From positions 431,048 to 494,251 of the forward strand of contig JAWQFM010000014.1 in assembly GCA_033442325.1 (NCBI GenBank): a stretch of 63,204 nucleotides of DNA. Reading direction: 5' to 3'. The stretch is from Salpingoeca rosetta (taxonomy: Eukaryota > Protista > Choanoflagellata). Below, in pieces: positions 55,501-63,204 of the stretch (position 1 is the stretch's first letter; each line of letters begins with the position of its first letter). The position numbers and the translations under genes are program-made. A model generated the notes under the pieces. That model worked only from the letters and a program-made list of their open reading frames with translations, did no database searches and was not told the origin of the DNA.

Positions 55501-58011
55501 ATGGACGCACGTGCTTTTGCACACCGAGCTGCGCTGGACGGCGACGTGGACACCTTGAAGATGCTGGCCAACACAGACACCTCCGCCCTGATGGCGCCGA
55601 CAGACACGGGCATGACCCCGTTCCTCACCTGCTGCGCCACGGGCCAGCTTGCCGCCGCCCAGTGGTTTGTGACACAAGGGTTTGCCACCATTGACGAGTG
55701 CGAGCACACCGTCAACGCAACCGGGCTGCACCTCGCGGCGGCCCGCAACCACCACGCCGTGGTGGAGTGGCTGCTCAGCGCAGCGCCCCACCTCGTCGAC
55801 GTGCGCACCAAGGAGAACGCCACGCCACTGCGCATTGCCGCAGAGCTCGGCTCCCGCGAGCTCGTCTCCCTCCTGCTCCACTTCCACGCAGACCCGACCA
55901 TCTCCGACAGCCAGGGCCTGACGCCGCTCGCGGTGGCCGTCAACGCGGGCCACCAAGGGGTCGCCTCCCTCCTCCAGCAGGCATTGCAGGGGCAGCGCGT
56001 TCCCGTCATCTCGCCACCAACCGCCACCGCCGGCAGCAGCAGCTCCAACGACAGCAGGAGCGCCTACCACGGCTCAGCACCCGCCGCCACCAGCAGCACC
56101 AGCGGTGAAGCCGTTGACCCCGCGAGCGGCGGTGCGGAGGGCGACGCGAGGGACGGGCGGCCAACAACACCGCAGTCGCCAAAGCTGCGGCGGCTGAGCG
56201 AGGACACGGGCATCCAGCAGATCCTGGACACGATCAGCCCGGGCAACTACGCGCTCTTCTCCCTGGAGCGCCTCAAGGAGACGCTGGAGGACAACGTGGC
56301 CATGAGCGGGCCCGCAACGTCAACTACCAGCAGCAGCGTCGCCACCGACGTGCCCTCCTCCCTCACGACAACGCCACCGCCGCCACCAGCAACACACGAG
56401 CAGCAACAGCAGCACTCACGTGTGATGTTCTCGATGGGTGCACCGTCCACGGCTGCCCCGACGCCACTCGTTTCCTCGTCATCGTCGGCACCAGCCACGG
56501 CAACCTCGGAATCGTTGTCGCTGTTCTTCCGCTCGGCGCTCAAGACCGAGCCCGAGCCCGAGCCCTCCGCCTCCGCCACACAGCCGCCATTCCAAACAGC
56601 CTCCGCAACTACTACTACTACAACAGCAACAGCAACAGCGACAGCGATAGGGTCGACGGCGCGCGCCCCGCTGCCGACGCTCAAGTCGCCGCTGCTTCGC
56701 ATCAACGACGAGGACGACGAGGCCACGCGTACACACCCGCACGGCAGCGACGCGATGACGATGACGAGCGGCAACCCGCTCATGCGCAGCATCACGGACG
56801 ACCTGCGCTCCATGGACAGCGACCAGTCGATTGAGTTCTCCGTGGACTCGGACTGGGCGTCAGACACGTCCTCCGTGTACTCGCCGCACGACCCATCGGC
56901 GACCACAGGCAGCACCAGCGGCAGCACGAGGGCAAGCACCACAAACATCGGCGCCATGCTACCTCGCACGGGGAGCCGGCAGGGCAGCTCGACAAACCTG
57001 ACGGTGCCTGCAAGCACGGGACGCGGCGGCTCGCGGCGCGGGGGCGGCCGTCGTGGGCGCTCGCACATCTGCCCGCACTGCCACAAGAACTTCAGCTGCA
57101 GCAGCAACCTGAAGCGCCACGTGCGCGTACACACAGGCGACAAGCCGTACCCGTGCGAGGTGTGCGAGAAGACGTTCACCAACAGCAGCAACCGACGCAA
57201 GCACGAGCGGTCATGCCTGAACAAGCTCGTTCGCACGGGCGCCATCCGAAAGCTGCGGGTGACGCAGGAGTTTGCCGACTACCACCGCTCCCTTCTGGCA
57301 GGCCTCGACCTGCCCATGCAGATCATCCCTAATCCAACACCCGCTGAGCAGCAGCAACACGAGCAACACCAACAACCGCACCAACAACAGCACCCACAGC
57401 AGCCACAGCAGCAGCACCAACAACAGCGGCAGTCGACGCCAACAACGTCTGCCCCATCGTCGGCGCGCCTACCGAGCTCCCACCACCACCAACAGCAGCA
57501 GCAAGAACAACAACAACAACAACAACAGCACCAACACCAACAACAGCAGCAACAACAGCAGCAGCAGCAGCGCCACGTGAGCCAGAGCGGCATGCCGTCG
57601 CTGCACGTGTCAACGGCGTCCCCTGCGCTGTCGCCGTTTTCGCCGGGAGGGCCCTCATCCTCCATGCTCTCCCCGTCCTCCCCCTTCAATCTCCCCACCA
57701 CGCCACGCAACGACGCCATGTCGCCACACAGTGCGTGGTTCACGGCGCAGTCGCCCATGCAGCAGGTGCTCAGCCCAGGCGTGGCCAGTGCCACCAGTGC
57801 CACCAGCCCCATGCTGGGCGTACCGGGCACACCCAGCGCAACCGCTCCCGTTGCCTACAGCACGAACAACGGCACGAGCGGTGGTGGCGGCGGTCGGGTG
57901 GTGGCTGGTGGCCGTACACCGGGGAACAGGGGCGGTGGTGATGCAGACATGTCGCAGTTCATCGCAGACTGGGTGGACTCCATCTTCGCGCAGCCAACGC
58001 AATCCTGGTGA
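55501..58011 (+). CDS. Intronless ankyrin-repeat plus C2H2 zinc-finger protein with poly-Q/S-P-rich tail (putative transcription factor)
   Basis: About 5 ankyrin repeats ([28 protein letters not shown]). Two fingers: [51 protein letters not shown]. Confidence 0.9.
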   Translation: MDARAFAHRAALDGDVDTLKMLANTDTSALMAPTDTGMTPFLTCCATGQLAAAQWFVTQGFATIDECEHTVNATGLHLAAARNHHAVVEWLLSAAPHLVDVRTKENATPLRIAAELGSRELVSLLLHFHADPTISDSQGLTPLAVAVNAGHQGVASLLQQALQGQRVPVISPPTATAGSSSSNDSRSAYHGSAPAATSSTSGEAVDPASGGAEGDARDGRPTTPQSPKLRRLSEDTGIQQILDTISPGNYALFSLERLKETLEDNVAMSGPATSTTSSSVATDVPSSLTTTPPPPPATHEQQQQHSRVMFSMGAPSTAAPTPLVSSSSSAPATATSESLSLFFRSALKTEPEPEPSASATQPPFQTASATTTTTTATATATAIGSTARAPLPTLKSPLLRINDEDDEATRTHPHGSDAMTMTSGNPLMRSITDDLRSMDSDQSIEFSVDSDWASDTSSVYSPHDPSATTGSTSGSTRASTTNIGAMLPRTGSRQGSSTNLTVPASTGRGGSRRGGGRRGRSHICPHCHKNFSCSSNLKRHVRVHTGDKPYPCEVCEKTFTNSSNRRKHERSCLNKLVRTGAIRKLRVTQEFADYHRSLLAGLDLPMQIIPNPTPAEQQQHEQHQQPHQQQHPQQPQQQHQQQRQSTPTTSAPSSARLPSSHHHQQQQQEQQQQQQQHQHQQQQQQQQQQQRHVSQSGMPSLHVSTASPALSPFSPGGPSSSMLSPSSPFNLPTTPRNDAMSPHSAWFTAQSPMQQVLSPGVASATSATSPMLGVPGTPSATAPVAYSTNNGTSGGGGGRVVAGGRTPGNRGGGDADMSQFIADWVDSIFAQPTQSW

Positions 58012-58834
58012 CACCACCACAGGGTGGTGCATTTGGACGGGGAGAAAGTTGGTTTGTGTTGGTTGCTTGGTTGCTTAGTTGCTTGGTTGGTTGATAGCGT
58101 ATGGGGTGGTGACGGTGCTGATGATGATGACTCGAGTGAATAGTGAGACGAGATGTGCCATATGTTCTGCCTGACTCTTTTTGAGACTGTACACACCTCC
58201 CGAGGTTGCTGTCATTGTCGCTATCGCATTGTTTGTTCGTATGTTTATGCGTCGTTTGTCCTCCTTGTTACCTGCGTGTTGTTGGGTTGCGCATGCCGAA
58301 TACAGCGACAACCATGTCATGCATGCCCGTTCGTTTAGCTGTCTTGCTGTCTTGTGTTTCGTGACCCCTCTTCGCCCCTTTGGCTGTCACATGGTGATGG
58401 ATGGGGCTTGGTCGGTAATTCTTTTTCATGTGTCAGTGGTTTGGAATGTACATGTGTGGCTGTATGCAGACGGCGTGTGTGTGTTTGCTTGTATGGTGAT
58501 GGCCTGTGCATGTACTCTTTCTGTGTATTGTGACCACCGCGTGCAAGTGCTGCATGCGCGCTTCCTTAAGGCACCCTGTTCTTGCGCTTTGTTCGTTCTC
58601 TTGAGATTAGAAGATACACCGACACGAACGACAAAAAGGGTGGGGGGGGGGGGAAGACGAAGGGGGACGACTGACTGGGACCAGGAAACAAGTGAGGGGA
58701 AATGGATGAAAATACACGCGCACACGAAATATGCACGCCATGCTTGCAGGCAAGCAAGCCTGGGCAGCACGCTGCCATGAACGATGGGAGAGTTCCTGCA
58801 CCACGTTCGTCGTTGCGTCATGCCTGTGGGTGTC

Positions 58835-61878
<3,044 letters not shown>

Positions 61879-62037
61879 ATCCGACTACTACTTGTGCTGT
61901 CGTCCAGAAAATTGGAGGAGGCTTTGCTTGTTGTTTGTTGTGGTGCATTCTTCGTGCTGTTGCCTCGTGTTTTGGTGTGTGTCCTTCCACGTCCCTGCCT
62001 CCACGTCTCCACCTTCTTCTTCATTGAACAGCTTGCG

Positions 62038-62569
62038 ATGAACTCCGTTGGCGTGACAAGTGTGGTACTGCTGCTGGCTGTTGGCCTGTGTCTTGCGGGT
62101 ACACAGGTACGACCGCGTTGTGTTGTGTTTGTGTGTTGTGTTTGTTGTGTTGTGTACGTGTGTGTACGTGTGTGTACGTGTGTGTACGTGTGTTTACGTG
62201 TGTGTGTGTGTGTCACACGAACAGTCTGTTTTGCTCGCCCACATTCACACCCACACTCACACTCACACTCACACTCACACTCACACTCACACTCACACTC
62301 ACACTCACACTCACACTCACACTCACGCGACACCAACAACGACGACCACAACAACGATGACGCGTGAACCATCCAAATAGGGCTTGGCCGGTGCGAAGCA
62401 GGTGCCAAAGACGCTGTTTGGTGGCTGGCTCTTCCTCGACAACGAGGATGCACCCTTCAACGGAACGCTCGCCGGGTTCCTGCCACCAAACACCAACTAC
62501 ATGTGCGTTTGCGAAAAAGCGGCGCCTCGTTGCTTACTGTGCTCCTGGTGGACCAAAGACCCACACCCA

Positions 62570-62602
<33 letters not shown>

Positions 62603-63147
62603 GATGCTGACGTTGTTGCGAGGCGCGTTGGCGTTTATCGAAGAGTGGTGCTGACTTGACACTGACCATCATTCGTGACGTGACTCGTTTCGCAGCATCC
62701 TGTCGTTTGTGGACCCTCGCACCATGGTTCTCCCGGAAAACATGATTCAAACCATCAAGTCCTTCCCCAACCACCTTGTCATGGTCTCTCTCGGCGGTCA
62801 GACCATGGCCGGCAAGTGCGTCACATTTTTTTGTGTTAAATGTGTGTGTGTGTGTGCGTGTGTGCATGTGTGTGTGTGCGTGTGTGCATGTGTGTGTGTC
62901 AATGTGTGTGTGATAAGTTTGCGTTGACTGAAGACATGTTACCTCACCTTTTCGCTTCTCCACCTCTGCTCATGTCACGCCACGTTCTCCTCCCCCCCCC
63001 CCGCCGTCCTCATACAGCTGGGACTGGCTCGCATCTGAGGAGCAGGCCCGTGCCGCCGCTCGCACCGCCGCTTCCTGGGCTCAGTGCGTTCCTTCTGTGT
63101 ACCCTCGTGTGGCTGTGCGGTTGTGTGTGTGCGTGTGTGCGTGTGCG

Positions 63148-63204
<57 letters not shown>
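62038..63204 (+). CDS. Secreted protein, probable GH18/chitinase-like TIM barrel (5' part only)
   Basis: Signal peptide [21 protein letters not shown]. Exons give [21 protein letters not shown] (SxGG motif) and [14 protein letters not shown]. The DxxDxDxE motif is not reached within the window. Confidence 0.55.

Overview
Intron-rich, GC-rich eukaryotic genomic DNA whose introns are packed with (CA)n/(GT)n microsatellites. This style and the gene content suggest a choanoflagellate such as Salpingoeca rosetta (inference). There are three assembly gaps: 4236-4335, 29739-29838 and 60517-61092. Host genes, in order: 3' part of a Ca-binding EGF-repeat protein, RNF121/175-like RING E3 ligase, Nup160, Rpn11/PSMD14, a Patched-like protein, a large SH3-like/SAP-domain protein, a DUF389 membrane protein, a secreted propeller-like protein, a GSDH propeller plus somatomedin-B protein, ATP23, an ankyrin plus C2H2 zinc-finger protein, ALG5 and the 5' part of a probable GH18-like protein. 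The standout is 1852-6840. An intron-containing FEN1/XPG/Exo1-family 5' nuclease (PIN fold) lies directly upstream of, and on the same strand as, a Fanzor2/IS607-TnpB-type RNA-guided nuclease ORF with an intact D-E-D RuvC triad and zinc finger, followed by hairpins where an omegaRNA is expected. No IS607 serine recombinase or other transposase is visible. The two parts are separated only by poly-Q, low-quality read ends and a 100-N gap. They may therefore form one PIN-(zinc knuckle)-coiled-coil-Fanzor fusion gene, or a two-gene module. Exon boundaries were read by eye and are approximate unless stated.
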